Shown here one piece after another: positions 52,666 through 63,197 of a DNA stretch of 64,000 nt (its first letter is position 1; each line of letters opens with the position of its first letter). Position numbers and translations under genes: made by a program. The stretch is from Methanocorpusculum sp. Lineage in GTDB: Archaea; Halobacteriota; Methanomicrobia; Methanomicrobiales; Methanocorpusculaceae. The DNA lies in assembly GCA_045639425.1 (NCBI GenBank), contig JAZUDC010000040.1, positions 1,536-65,535 on the forward strand, in the 5' to 3' direction. Under the pieces are notes generated by a model. The model was not told the origin of the DNA, searched no databases, and saw only the letters and a program-made list of their open reading frames with translations.

Positions 52666-53844
52666 GTGGCAGGAATGAAGGATAACCAGAGCATCAAAAA
52701 TGACAAATACCTCAATCTGCCGATCCTGACACCAGAAGAAGAGGCCGCAATTGAGGGAGGAAAAGCCCGTATCCCGACAGAGAAGTATCAGAAAAAGACT
52801 GAGAAAGAAGTACTCCAAGATCTTGAATCAGCAGCTGCGGCTGTTCTTGGAGGGACTTTACTGCAGAAGAAGGGTACCGACGGACCCCCCGCAGCGTCAT
52901 CAGATGCAAATCCCTTGGCTATCCCTGCAGAAGCAGAACCGCTCTTTACAGAAGTTCTTAGCACCGATGAGCTTAAGGAACGGTTATCGAAACTTGACGA
53001 AGAATCCCTCACTTCTATTGTTTCTGCGACCGATCTCTTCAAAACATGTGTGTTACCGAATAATACTGAACTTCAGGAACGAATCCTGAAAACAAGGAAT
53101 GATATCCTGGTAGGCGATCATTGCAAGATTGAGTTCGGCCTTACCGGTGCTGATATTGCAGTCTGTGAATGTACGCAGATTTATGGTGACATCGTTGCTG
53201 AAGGTGACATGCGTATCGACAATTTCTGTGAGATTTTTGGGACGGTCATCTGCAATGGAGATGCTTATATAGGAGAAAGCGTTAAAGTCCATGGGAAGAT
53301 GACCATCGGTGGGAATCTGGATATCGCGGAGACTGCCCTGATTGAGCAGGAGTTCCAGACCTATGGAACGATTGCAATCAGGAATCCAGTTCCGGTCATC
53401 GTTTATCTCTTGATTTATATTTTTGCCATGCTCCACATCAAAGGTGAAAAGGCAACAGAAAGACAGCTGAATACCTTCATGTCAGAGGTCAAGACAGTGC
53501 CCCTTGTTCTGCCGCCGAATACGGTTATGAACTTATCCTATTTCACGGTCCAGACGCCGATGGACATCGGTTCAAACTGCAGAGTCCATGGCAATGTCCA
53601 TGCCCAGTCTATCAAAATCAAAAAGGATACTACGCTCTTCGGCAGAGTCAGTGCAGTGGAGCGTGCGAAAATCGGTGTTCGTAATGCCATTCACGGAGAT
53701 GTCTCTGCGAAATCCATTAGAGTCGAACGTGGTGCGGATGTTCTTGGTGATTTAATAGGCGGAACGGTCTGGCTGCATGAAGATGCACACGTTTCGGGGG
53801 TTATTAAGGCATCCGATGGCCTTTCTATCGGATTCGGAGGGTGA
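52666..53844 (+). CDS. Beta-helix/bactofilin-like protein (COG4801-like) with acidic N-terminal extension
   Basis: Repeats of I.GD/GN (IYGDIVAEGD, VHGNVHA, IHGDVSA, VLGDLIG) and a central IRNPVP-hydrophobic segment. Confidence 0.7.
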   Translation: MAGMKDNQSIKNDKYLNLPILTPEEEAAIEGGKARIPTEKYQKKTEKEVLQDLESAAAAVLGGTLLQKKGTDGPPAASSDANPLAIPAEAEPLFTEVLSTDELKERLSKLDEESLTSIVSATDLFKTCVLPNNTELQERILKTRNDILVGDHCKIEFGLTGADIAVCECTQIYGDIVAEGDMRIDNFCEIFGTVICNGDAYIGESVKVHGKMTIGGNLDIAETALIEQEFQTYGTIAIRNPVPVIVYLLIYIFAMLHIKGEKATERQLNTFMSEVKTVPLVLPPNTVMNLSYFTVQTPMDIGSNCRVHGNVHAQSIKIKKDTTLFGRVSAVERAKIGVRNAIHGDVSAKSIRVERGADVLGDLIGGTVWLHEDAHVSGVIKASDGLSIGFGG

Positions 53845-54686
53845 TCTTGTCACTACTCTCTTCGATGATTGACGTTGATGTACTCCGGTTTATTGAACCG
53901 GACTATTCCTCCCTTGTCAACAAAGGGGAACCTGGAGTTCTGATATGTGAGGCTGAACCCGCGAAAGGGGATGCACGTATTCTCCTTGATGAGGATGAAA
54001 ATCCCACGCTTTTTGCTGTCAGGTATGAGGGTGAATGGTATGCGACCGGGTGGTTGTTCCGCAGTCCCACTGCCGAAGAGTTTTCACTCTTTGAAAAGGC
54101 TGATGGTGATATGTATGAGGAGAAGCGAAGTTTCATAGAGGCCGCGTTTAGACGTGAATTCTCCGGTCATATTGCAACGACTATCCCTCCGGCAGGTGAG
54201 GATCTGACGAATGGCCGGATTGAGAAAGTCCGGTCACTTCTTGTCGAAAAGTTCGGTTCTCATCTTTCTGGCACCTGCATCGATGCGTGTTGCGGTTCTG
54301 GAATCGGGGCTTCTATCATGCGGGAACTTGGATGCACGCTTTTGGCCTACGATAACGATGAAGAACTCTTATCCCTGGGTTTTTCCAGCGGTAGGCTGAA
54401 ACCGGAAGAGGCGGTCTGTATCGACGGACGGATTGCCTCTGCCTACTTGCCGGACGCAGAGTATGGTGTAGGCATCATGCTCGGACAGATGTACACATAT
54501 ACCAAGGAGAACTGGCAACCGATTGTCGAAGAACTGGTGGGAATCACCAAGAGGACGCTGATTACGGTTGCCACTGAAGAAGAGGCGCACTGGGTGCAGA
54601 AATGGGCAGCTGGAGTCGGCCATCTGCTGGAAATCTCGGAAAATACCCGCGATCCGATTTATGACCGCTGGGTCTGTTTCGGTTGA
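53841..54686 (+). CDS. SAM-dependent methyltransferase-like protein
   Basis: CIDACCGSGIG motif I, AYDND; 4-bp overlap with the upstream gene. Confidence 0.65.
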   Translation: MILSLLSSMIDVDVLRFIEPDYSSLVNKGEPGVLICEAEPAKGDARILLDEDENPTLFAVRYEGEWYATGWLFRSPTAEEFSLFEKADGDMYEEKRSFIEAAFRREFSGHIATTIPPAGEDLTNGRIEKVRSLLVEKFGSHLSGTCIDACCGSGIGASIMRELGCTLLAYDNDEELLSLGFSSGRLKPEEAVCIDGRIASAYLPDAEYGVGIMLGQMYTYTKENWQPIVEELVGITKRTLITVATEEEAHWVQKWAAGVGHLLEISENTRDPIYDRWVCFG

Positions 54687-55126
54687 TTCTTATTTTTCCA
54701 GTCCACAAGATGCTCGACAACGGGCATCCCCATTTTTTTGAATGCATCTGCGATGACTTTTTCTGGGGATGTCTTCCGATAATAGAGATGGCTTTCACAG
54801 TCGCAGTCCGAACACCCGAACCGCGGTACACAGTCCCCATCGACAGCAGATGAAAGTATGCATTCCAGCCGTTCCTCGGTCTCAGCGCAGAATGTCTTTT
54901 CCAGAACAGCATGCATAATCAGATAGTCAATGTGCCATTTAGGTTTTCGAGACTGGGCACGGTAGAATCTGATGTGGCGTGAAACGCGGGAGAGACCGCC
55001 GGAACCAAGAGCAGATCCGACGTAGATATAGTATCCTGCCGGAAAGACGATAGCCCCCAATGACCCGATATGTAATATCCTTTTCGTATCAATGCGGATT
55101 TGCAGGCAGTAGATTCCTTTTTTCAT
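54659..55126 (-). CDS. GIY-YIG (Uri superfamily, DUF123) nuclease
   Basis: KGIY, YIYVGSA, RVSRH, WHIDYL, FGCSDCDCESHL. Confidence 0.9.
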   Translation of the reverse strand: MKKGIYCLQIRIDTKRILHIGSLGAIVFPAGYYIYVGSALGSGGLSRVSRHIRFYRAQSRKPKWHIDYLIMHAVLEKTFCAETEERLECILSSAVDGDCVPRFGCSDCDCESHLYYRKTSPEKVIADAFKKMGMPVVEHLVDWKNKNQPKQTQRS

Positions 55127-55725
55127 GGTTCCAGCATCACATTTTTCTGGGAAAGCAGTATCTGTTCTCTGCCGCTATGCGGTGCCGGGGTGCCATGCCC
55201 GCACCATATGGATTCTACTGGTAGTTCAGCAAGCCGGGTAATCGACCGTTTCATATCAGCCATCCTGCCTGTCGGCAAATCGCATCGGCCATAGTCACCT
55301 CCAGGAAAAATGGTGTCTCCGGAAACAAGTACACCGTCTATTGCATGGAATAGGCAGATTCCTCCCTGAGTATGTCCGGGGGTGTGATATACAGTAAAAT
55401 CATCTATGCTGTCGCCGTCATGGAGTTTGGTTGCGGTTGATATTTTCGGCTGTTCTGCACCGAAAAGCTCACTGAGGGATAGGTTGTTATTGAAGAGGAA
55501 CTCGTATTCATGTTCACCGATGTATATTTCTGCATCGCAAAGTTCCGAGATTTTGTCTATATGAGCGATATGGTCGAAGTGGCCGTGCGTCACTACTATT
55601 TTTTTGATTTGGTCTTTATAGGGAGTAATCCGGTCTTCAGTGATACCGGCATCGATAATGATGTCATCGAAGATATACGAGTTCGCCTGCCATATGCGGC
55701 CAGGGATGACTATGGGGTCTGTCAT
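55123..55725 (-). CDS. MBL-fold metallo-hydrolase
   Basis: THGHFDH, HTPGHT, SGD, GHG. Confidence 0.92.
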   Translation of the reverse strand: MTDPIVIPGRIWQANSYIFDDIIIDAGITEDRITPYKDQIKKIVVTHGHFDHIAHIDKISELCDAEIYIGEHEYEFLFNNNLSLSELFGAEQPKISTATKLHDGDSIDDFTVYHTPGHTQGGICLFHAIDGVLVSGDTIFPGGDYGRCDLPTGRMADMKRSITRLAELPVESIWCGHGTPAPHSGREQILLSQKNVMLEP

Positions 55726-55769
55726 ACTTACTTTCCTATAGGGCTTGTTAATAAATGTATTTTCTTATC

Positions 55770-57083
55770 TTAGATGACGTACGGGACGACAATGCAGAGT
55801 ATCAGCAGCATAACGATAAACATGGAAATGCTGGCGGTAATCTGGAATGCGATGTTTTCCGACTGATTATGTTTTCTGCAGAATGCACGCAAGGACTCAC
55901 GAAGAATCTGACCTCCATCGAATGCCCGAATCGGGAGTGCATTGAATACCCCAACCAAAATATTAATCCAGGCGTTCCAGAAAAGAAAATGGACAATGCC
56001 CCAGAATCCAGGAAACGGTGCCGCCAGAATCTTCTCATCAGGAGAACTAGTAGTGATGAAATTTAATGTTTCCATACCGGTTAAAGAACTCAATGGATGG
56101 GTGAGGAACGTGGCGAAAGAGGAAAGCACTCCCGTTGTAGACGTGGGGTGTATCAGCAGATCTATCAGCATCCTCGGTTCTTTAAAGACGACACCCATCC
56201 ATCCAGCGATGGTATTCCACAGCAGGGTTCCGTTATAGCCATCAGGAATTGTGGAGAGGGTGATATCATATCGGCTGACCGCTCCTTTGTATTCCCATTG
56301 GAGGGAAATCACCTCACCTGTTGATTTGCCATCGAATGCGGTGTTGATATCGGTCATCGAGTATATAGGGGTGTCATCGATTGCAGTTATTATCGTTCCC
56401 GGTAGTACTCCTGCTTCATCTGCGGGATAGCCTGCATATACACCGTAGACAAATGGGTGGTCGCCAGGAACCACCATCCCCAGAAGAAGGCCGAGTATCA
56501 CCAGGCAAATTACACCGAATACCAGGTTATTGGTTATCCCTGCAGCGAATATCCGTAGTTTTGTTTTGAGAGGGGCCTTTTCGACATCTTCGTCGTCGGG
56601 TTCAACAAAGGCGCCGATGGGAATGAGGAGGGTAAGGATACCGGTTGATTTTACTCGGATATTTTCCACACGTGAGAGTATGCCGTGTCCTGCTTCATGG
56701 ATAATAATGGCGAGAACCAGTGCAATCCACACTGCGATTGTTGAAGGTATATATTGATTAAGGCCGGGAATCAGGAGCATATCTTGAATGGCTATCGGTT
56801 TTCGGGGTGTCACCAAGGATGTTATTGCGGAGAATACAAGGAAAACGGTGAGGATGATTCCGGAAAGTATGGTCAGAATGACCCCGACAGATGCATAGCC
56901 AATCAACACCCTTTTCCAGCGTGCAAGCTTGTCAAAGATGCCTACCCACTCTGTCTTTATCAGAATGAACGGTCCGGAGAATCCTACGTGGTGAGGCAAA
57001 ATTTTTTTTGTCTTCAGCCAGTAGTAGAGGCAGGCATATGCCATGACTACCACGATTACTGCTATTACCCTGTTGAATTCCAT
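55770..57083 (-). CDS. Site-2 protease (M50) with PDZ domain
   Basis: HEAGH, GAFVEPD, AAGITNN, FNALP..FDGG. Confidence 0.93.
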   Translation of the reverse strand: MEFNRVIAVIVVVMAYACLYYWLKTKKILPHHVGFSGPFILIKTEWVGIFDKLARWKRVLIGYASVGVILTILSGIILTVFLVFSAITSLVTPRKPIAIQDMLLIPGLNQYIPSTIAVWIALVLAIIIHEAGHGILSRVENIRVKSTGILTLLIPIGAFVEPDDEDVEKAPLKTKLRIFAAGITNNLVFGVICLVILGLLLGMVVPGDHPFVYGVYAGYPADEAGVLPGTIITAIDDTPIYSMTDINTAFDGKSTGEVISLQWEYKGAVSRYDITLSTIPDGYNGTLLWNTIAGWMGVVFKEPRMLIDLLIHPTSTTGVLSSFATFLTHPLSSLTGMETLNFITTSSPDEKILAAPFPGFWGIVHFLFWNAWINILVGVFNALPIRAFDGGQILRESLRAFCRKHNQSENIAFQITASISMFIVMLLILCIVVPYVI

Positions 57084-57235
57084 CTGTCCTCAGCCTTTAG
57101 GTAAGAAACGTTGTCGTTATATTCCTATTATTGTTTCCGTAAGAATCAGTGGATACGAGCAGAATCAAATTAATTTGAGGAAAAAATACAGAAAAAACAA
57201 CAAATTTTTAAATGTAAGTTGGGGATCTCCCCAAT

Positions 57236-58219
57236 TTACATAATCTTACCGAGCAGGCGAATCGAGTTGGTCATGTCGGGTCCGAGCGGGGAACCGAAGA
57301 TGATCTGAGTAACGCCAGCTTTGGTTAAGTCTTCACACTTCTGCCTGATAGTGTCTGGGGTACCGCAGATGGTGAATGCATTCAGTTCTGCGTCACCGAC
57401 AAGTTCGTTGACAGACTTGAAGTCGAATCGGCCAAGTGCGTCTTTGATCTTTGCGACATTACCGAGGTCAAGTCCGTGGCGCTGGAGCAGTGCTTCCGGA
57501 GATCCTGCTGCAATGAATGCAGAGACAATCTTTGCTGCCTTCTTTGCTTTCTTCTCATCTTTGTCAATGGAAAGTGCGGTGTAAGCTCCGACATCAAAGC
57601 CTTTCTTGCCGACCTTTTCACATGCTGCCTTGATGATTGGGATTGCAACTGCGAAGTCTTTCGGGTTGGATGCGTTGATTAATGCTCCGTCTCCCTTAAG
57701 TCCCGCGAGTTCAAGTACCTTCGGGCCCTGTGCGCCGACATAGATTGGGATGCCCTTCTTGCCAGGAAGAGTAACACCAGTGAGCTTTGCACCATCGTAG
57801 TCGAAGTAGGCCTTTCCGGACTTCTTCATTTCTGCACCAGTGCACATCTCGCGGATAGTGTCGATTGCCTCACCTAGTCTTGCAACCGGTTTTTCACCGT
57901 GGATTGCGATCTTCGGGAGAGTGGAGAGGTCGCCTGGGCCGATACCAAGGGTTGCACGGCCGTCGGAAATCTCATTAAGAGTGCATGCAAAGGATGCCAT
58001 TGCTGCCGGAGTATCGGTGAAGGAGTTCATGATACCCGGTCCCATCTTCATAACAGTAGTGTTCTGTGCGACAGCTGTTAAGACTGCGTAGCAGTGTCTG
58101 TTGTTGTAGTGGTTAGTGATCCATGCGTAGTCAATGTCTTTGCTCTCGGCAAGTTTACAGTAGTTAACGACAGTCTTGACGTTAATGTTGCCTGGAACGA
58201 ATTCAATTCCGTAAGTCAT
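57236..58219 (-). CDS. mer: F420-dependent methylene-H4MPT reductase
   Basis: YGIEFVP, WITNHYNNR, LGIGPGD, GAQGP, LINASNPKD, GSPLGP. Confidence 0.97.
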   Translation of the reverse strand: MTYGIEFVPGNINVKTVVNYCKLAESKDIDYAWITNHYNNRHCYAVLTAVAQNTTVMKMGPGIMNSFTDTPAAMASFACTLNEISDGRATLGIGPGDLSTLPKIAIHGEKPVARLGEAIDTIREMCTGAEMKKSGKAYFDYDGAKLTGVTLPGKKGIPIYVGAQGPKVLELAGLKGDGALINASNPKDFAVAIPIIKAACEKVGKKGFDVGAYTALSIDKDEKKAKKAAKIVSAFIAAGSPEALLQRHGLDLGNVAKIKDALGRFDFKSVNELVGDAELNAFTICGTPDTIRQKCEDLTKAGVTQIIFGSPLGPDMTNSIRLLGKIM

Positions 58220-58433
58220 AGTTCTTTACATCTCAAATTAAGTTTTTACTCCTCAACATAAATATATTCTGATTTCTTACCCCTGAAATACCCCGAAATT
58301 CGGCCTCGATTCCCCTTGTGTTGGAAACAGCCAGAATCTGGGCGTATTTTTTCTGCGCTGTATTCGGTAACAGATTGACGGTTATTTCTCGTCGACAACC
58401 ATAAAAGTAGGTAGCGCTAAACACTATGGTATA

Positions 58434-58505
58434 GGACTTGTGGGGTAGTGGATATCCTTTCGGGCTTCGAACCCGAAGAACCGGGTTCGATCCCCGGCAG
58501 GTCCG
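58434..58505 (+). tRNA. tRNA-Arg(TCG)
   Basis: GGACTTG/CAGGTCC acceptor, TCGGG-CTTCGAA-CCCGA anticodon arm, CCGGG-TTCGATC-CCCGG T-arm. Confidence 0.95.
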
Positions 58506-58961
58506 TTCCATTTTTTAGCTGTTCTACACACATCTAAGCAAGGTACTGTCGTTTTCACTTATTCGTTCCTATCTTAAAAAAGGAGTGCTGACCTTGGTCC
58601 CTACGGTGGAGCTTGTCTCGTTGTCGAACGATTTATGCTCCACGCTCTGGAGAAGGGCGTCATTCGGTAGAAAAGGAGTGATTCTGGGTGCAGTATGCAT
58701 CAATCCGGGATTCCGCAGGAATCTTACGCTATGTAAGGCAAACTACGGCCTAGCGGATATACCTGTGACCAAGACATCTGAGTTGTGCGGATGCTTATCC
58801 ACCCGCTTGAAGGGAGAGTCGAAGCGGCATACGATAGGCATTCCCAGGACAGGAACGGTGTTGTCAAGTCGAAAATCTAATTAAAAAAACCCTTTCTGAA
58901 ATGGAAATCTATTAGATAGACATACTAATTATTACCTTTCGAACACAATATTTTAATCAAT

Positions 58962-59660
58962 ATGCTAATCGCCATAACCAAGCATGCAGACTGTGTTGAT
59001 GACAATACAATCTGCGAAAAATACAATCATAAGGCGCGTATTATCTCTACTGTGTCTCCGGTAAAGAATCAACAGGAGATCGATAATTTCACTCGTTCAG
59101 TAAACGACTGCGAGTTCGATGCAGTATTCTTCCCCAGTGCGTTTTCCGCAGAGAAAATGGGGCCGCTTATCAATCCGCGCCTGGCGACTAAAGTCCGGAT
59201 GATTGCGAACGGGCCACAGACCGCAAAGGATCTGCATAATATCGGTCTTGCAGCAGAGATGCTGCCATTCTTCTATTCACGTGATCTGATACCTTATCTC
59301 GGCAAGTGGATTCGGGGAAGGAGAATCGCGATTCCGCGGGCAAGCATTACGTATCCGAAGCTGTCTGAAGAAATCAGAGAAGCTGGCGGTCTTCCCTGCG
59401 AATACAAATGCTACGACATCATGGCAACGAACGAACCGGTCGATCTTGATGGATGCGGTGCGATTCTCTTTACCAGCCCTGCAGCATTCACACTGGCGAA
59501 ACTTCCGCGAATCCCGGAGGAACTTCGTCTCTTGGCGATTGGTGAAGTTACTGCTGACGCTATGATGTATGGTGGGATGCCTCCCAGCATTGTCGGTGAC
59601 GGATCAATTGAAGGGACCATTCAGGCACTGAATGCGGCTCTCTGGTCGGAGAGTTTCTAA
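58962..59660 (+). CDS. Uroporphyrinogen-III synthase (HemD)-like protein
   Basis: FFPSA, ANGPQTA..L, IAIPRA, Y.CY, LFTSP, AIGEVTA. Confidence 0.8.
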   Translation: MLIAITKHADCVDDNTICEKYNHKARIISTVSPVKNQQEIDNFTRSVNDCEFDAVFFPSAFSAEKMGPLINPRLATKVRMIANGPQTAKDLHNIGLAAEMLPFFYSRDLIPYLGKWIRGRRIAIPRASITYPKLSEEIREAGGLPCEYKCYDIMATNEPVDLDGCGAILFTSPAAFTLAKLPRIPEELRLLAIGEVTADAMMYGGMPPSIVGDGSIEGTIQALNAALWSESF

Positions 59661-59662
59661 AC

Positions 59663-60490
59663 ATGGTAAAATCGGGGATTATCCTCGTTGACAAACCGCG
59701 GGGTCCATCTAGTCATCAGACAGCTGCATGGATAGGAGAAATTCTCAAGACTTCTGTTGGCCATTCTGGAACTCTGGATCCACAGGTTTCCGGCGTTCTT
59801 GTGGTTATGACAGGAAAAGCGGTAAAACTTGCTCCGCTTCTACTCCAGGACGAAAAGGAGTATATTGCCTGCATGCGGCTTCATGCGGACATTGACCGTG
59901 AAACTGTTGAAACCACGATCAAAGGGTTCACCGGCAGAGTTTATCAGCGACCCCCACGGCGGTCGGCGGTCAAGCGGTCCCTGCGTATCCGAGTGATACA
60001 CAGAATAGAAGTTCTGGATAAGGATAACCGGTTAGTTCTGCTTCGTATCCGTTGTGAAGCGGGAACCTATATCCGTTCTCTTTGTGTGCACATCGGCAAT
60101 GTGCTTGGATGCGGTGCGCAGATGATTGAACTGCGCCGTACCATGTCCGGTGGGTTTACAGTCAATGACGCCCATACTTTGCAGGAGATTCGTGATGCTG
60201 CAGAGAATGGAACTGTCGAATCCCTGATTCTACCACCGGAAGCAGCAATCGCTGACATTCCGAAGATTGTTATCAGGAACTCTGCGGCGGATGCAGTTTA
60301 TCAGGGGGCGCAGCTAGCGGTTCCAGGCATCATCTCAGCAGAAAGCTTTCTCGCGAAGCAGAGTGTTGCGCTGGTTACTGCCGAGGGTAAACTGGTAGCA
60401 TTGGCAGAAGCGTTACTGAATTCAGATAAAATAACCCCCAGTGGCCATGGACTCGCAGCAAAATCACTTCGTGTATTCTCGGCAGAGTGA
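59663..60490 (+). CDS. cbf5: RNA-guided pseudouridine synthase Cbf5 (TruB family)
   Basis: VDKPRGPSSHQ, GHSGTLDP, YQRPP.RSAVKR, GTYIR, C-terminal PUA domain. Confidence 0.93.
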   Translation: MVKSGIILVDKPRGPSSHQTAAWIGEILKTSVGHSGTLDPQVSGVLVVMTGKAVKLAPLLLQDEKEYIACMRLHADIDRETVETTIKGFTGRVYQRPPRRSAVKRSLRIRVIHRIEVLDKDNRLVLLRIRCEAGTYIRSLCVHIGNVLGCGAQMIELRRTMSGGFTVNDAHTLQEIRDAAENGTVESLILPPEAAIADIPKIVIRNSAADAVYQGAQLAVPGIISAESFLAKQSVALVTAEGKLVALAEALLNSDKITPSGHGLAAKSLRVFSAE

Positions 60491-60537
60491 TACACCAATT
60501 TTAATAAGGTAGAGAGACATATAATTATGCCGATTGG

Positions 60538-60621
60538 GCTGAGGTAGTCTAGTGGTAGGGCGCGGGCCTGGAAAGCCCGTGAGGCGAAAGTCTCTCGTGA
60601 GTTCAAGTCTCACTCTCAGCG
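60538..60621 (+). tRNA. tRNA-Ser(GGA)
   Basis: GCTGAGG/TCTCAGC acceptor, CGGGC-CTGGAAA-GCCCG anticodon arm, long variable arm. Confidence 0.95.
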
Positions 60622-60749
60622 TTTTTCTTTTGTTTTTTATGGTTTCTCAGTTTTTGAGAGAATTTTCTACAAATACCTTTAGATCTTTCTGGCCTGTAAT
60701 GAATAATCTATATTACCTGTTACGTTCAATAAATGGGATAACCACTCAC

Positions 60750-61384
60750 CCCGTGGCAATAAGACTAACCCCAGAGTTTAAATGGCACTGCCACTGCTAC
60801 AGGTCTTAATACCGAATAGAGCCGCATTCCCCAAAGTCAGGCTCTTGACACAGTGGCACCTTACCGGTTGTTGTATTGCCAACTTTGCCGAAAAGTCCCT
60901 GATATTCTTCATAAGTATTATTGAGGAAGAAACCATAGATAGCACGTCTGTCACCATTGTAGGTTCCAATGAATGGAGTGGTACTATTCCCGATTGGGGA
61001 CCACGAAGATATGACGGCACTGACACTGGAGGTCGGAGGATAGGCATCTTCCACACACATTGAAGACGTCCAGTTGTAAACCAGCTTTTTTTCCATCAGA
61101 TTCATTGATGACAGTAATGTTTCTCGTTGTATCATCATAGGCTACAGACTTGGTAATCAGTCAGATAGAAATCTCTTGTTTGGATGAAGGAATAATCACC
61201 GATCTAGTAACTTACGTTCTCCGTCAGATTATAGAAATCATCATCGTTCATGATAAGATACGCTGAGTTATCTGAACTCCAATTTAGTCTATATTCCAGC
61301 ACTTGCCTCTCCGGCGAACACCGTGGCGCACAGCAGTAACGCGGTTATGATCATAATTCCGTACTTTGTCACTTTCGCAGTCAT
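60750..61384 (-). pseudogene. Degraded secreted/surface protein gene
   Basis: Signal peptide MTAKVTKYGIMIITALLLCATVFAGEASA, a TAG at 61289, then N/T/S/Y-rich fragments. The 3' boundary is approximate. Confidence 0.55.
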
Positions 61385-61679
61385 AGTTTTGTTTGAACAC
61401 CCGTCCTCAACACCGCGGTATGTTCTCTCACCCGTTGTTTTCACGAGCCGAATCGGGATAAGCATCAACTTGTTTTGCCAAGGAACCTGCAGCGCACCGC
61501 GAGGTTCACTCCTGCATGTGCCAGAAAAATCAGGACCCCAGAAATTGACTACTGGATTGCAGGGTCCAGCCGATCTTTGCCTGCTGTGGTAGATATGTCT
61601 GCACGATAGCATGCATTTTTATCAATACCTCCCAGGGGAGAGAAGGTGTATAAAAATCTGGATTGTACAGTACCTACCT

Positions 61680-62040
61680 CCACTATAGTTAGAAGCTTCC
61701 AGCATGTTCTTCCATCCGTACCAGGCATCCGGAATCTTTCCGGCGATGGATGCCACCGGTCTGGATTCAGTCGAATTCTGGATGGAGACACCCGAGTCCT
61801 GGTTCAAGGGTGTGCATAAAGAAGAGTTTCTTGCGGAAAAGACGAAGTATCCGCCTCTCTTCCCGATAGCGGTCCATGCTCTGATCTGCAATTTTAATCC
61901 CTGTTCCTTCAACGAGGGGGGAGCCGCACTGACCATGAACTGCACCATCGCCTGCATTGACATGTTTTCGGCGCTCGGTGGCGGCATGGTGACAGTCCAT
62001 CCGGGCAAACGTACGGCCAAGTGCCCCATTTCGCCGTATA
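61680..62040 (+). pseudogene. Sugar-phosphate isomerase/epimerase (AP2/xylose-isomerase TIM barrel), truncated
   Basis: ASSMFFH, GLDSVEFWMETP, VHA..NPCSFN, VTVHPGKR; cut off at ~62040. Confidence 0.65.
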
Positions 62041-62954
62041 ATCGCGACCGGTGTCATTACGGTACTGGCCCTCACCTTTGGCGAGATCATCCCGAAGACC
62101 TATGCGATGAACCATATGGACAACGTTGCCCTGTTCTCCGCGCCGTCGATCTATTTCCTGATCTGGTTTCTCATGCCATTCTTTCTGCCGTGTGAAAAAA
62201 TCAATGGCAAGAAGTACGTCGAAGACAGGCAGGTGGTCACCGAAGATAAAATCCGTGAATGGATCAATGCCAGTGAAAGTGAAGGCACCATCGAAGAGGA
62301 CGAGACGGAGATGTTCTAGTCGGTTCTCCAACTTGATCAGATGACCGTCAAGGAGATCATGACGCCGCAGACCGATGTGGCGATCATTGATGATTCAGCC
62401 ACCCAGAATGAGGCTGGCGCTTATATCCGCGATACCGGGTATTCCCACATTCCGGTCTATCATGACGTCCTGAATAACATTGTCGGAGTCCTCAACATCA
62501 AGGATGTCTTCAATGTCTATACCCCACAGAGCAAGTCCCAGGTCGTGTCACTCAAGTCGCTGATGATCGATGTCTACTGCGTTCCAGAATCGAAACGGGT
62601 CGATGACCTGATGCGTAAACCGCAGGCCCGCAGTCTGCAGGTGGTGATTGTCCTGAATGAGTTCGACAGATTCTCCGGCATCGTGACCATCGAGGATATC
62701 ATCGATGCACCCATGTCTCCCAGTTGAACGAACGCTTTGCTCTGAATCTGCCGGAGGATTCCAGTCTCTACGAGACCATCGGCGGTCTGGTGTTCTCGAT
62801 GCTCGGCCGCATTCTACGTCTGGACGATATTGTCACCACCGACGGACAGATCCGGATCATGGTGACCAAGATGTGCAGCCGTCATATTCTCTCGGTAAAG
62901 AGGATTCTGCCAGAAATCAGGGGTGTCGAAGAACTGGACAAAAAAGAAGAATAA
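62041..62954 (+). pseudogene. HlyC/CorC (CNNM-CBS-CorC) transporter pseudogene
   Basis: FGEIIPKT (CNNM), in-frame TAG at 62317, KEIMTP, YSHIPVY, GIVTIEDI (CBS), frameshift, YETIGGLVF (CorC); N-terminus missing. Confidence 0.85.
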
Positions 62955-62995
62955 ATGAAACGGATTTTCATCAGTCCTGTTTTTTATAGTTTTTA

Positions 62996-63197
62996 TTACG
63001 CGCATCTGACCTTTGCCGCAACCAGTGCCGAGGTCAGAATCGGCAGGGCGAAGGTGTGGTCACCGAAGAACTTCTCCTGATACTTCTGGTGGATGAACTC
63101 CGTCTGTTGATGAAGTTTTTCGGGGTTCTGCCACCGAGAAGGATGATTCTGCCGATTTCATCGGATCGGTTGGCGTATCAAAAATTACAGGTATCAT
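62996..63197 (-). pseudogene. Deoxyhypusine synthase-like remnant
   Basis: IILLGGRTPKNFI / QTEFIH...FGDHTFALPILTSAL resembles DHS GGGVPKNFIQQT and the C-terminal DATIALP; most of the gene is deleted. Confidence 0.5.

Noticed and set aside
58790-58822. IS200/IS605-like end (CTTATCCACCCGCTTGAAGGGAG)
   Set aside because: Only a loose resemblance; no TnpA/TnpB motifs nearby.
7783-62319. In-frame TAG codons in thiC, the his phosphatase, a surface protein and corC as pyrrolysine or stop-codon recoding
   Set aside because: The same genes also carry frameshifts, deletions or other stop codons, and TAG is the normal stop of intact genes (e.g. DUF371, top6B). Decay explains them.
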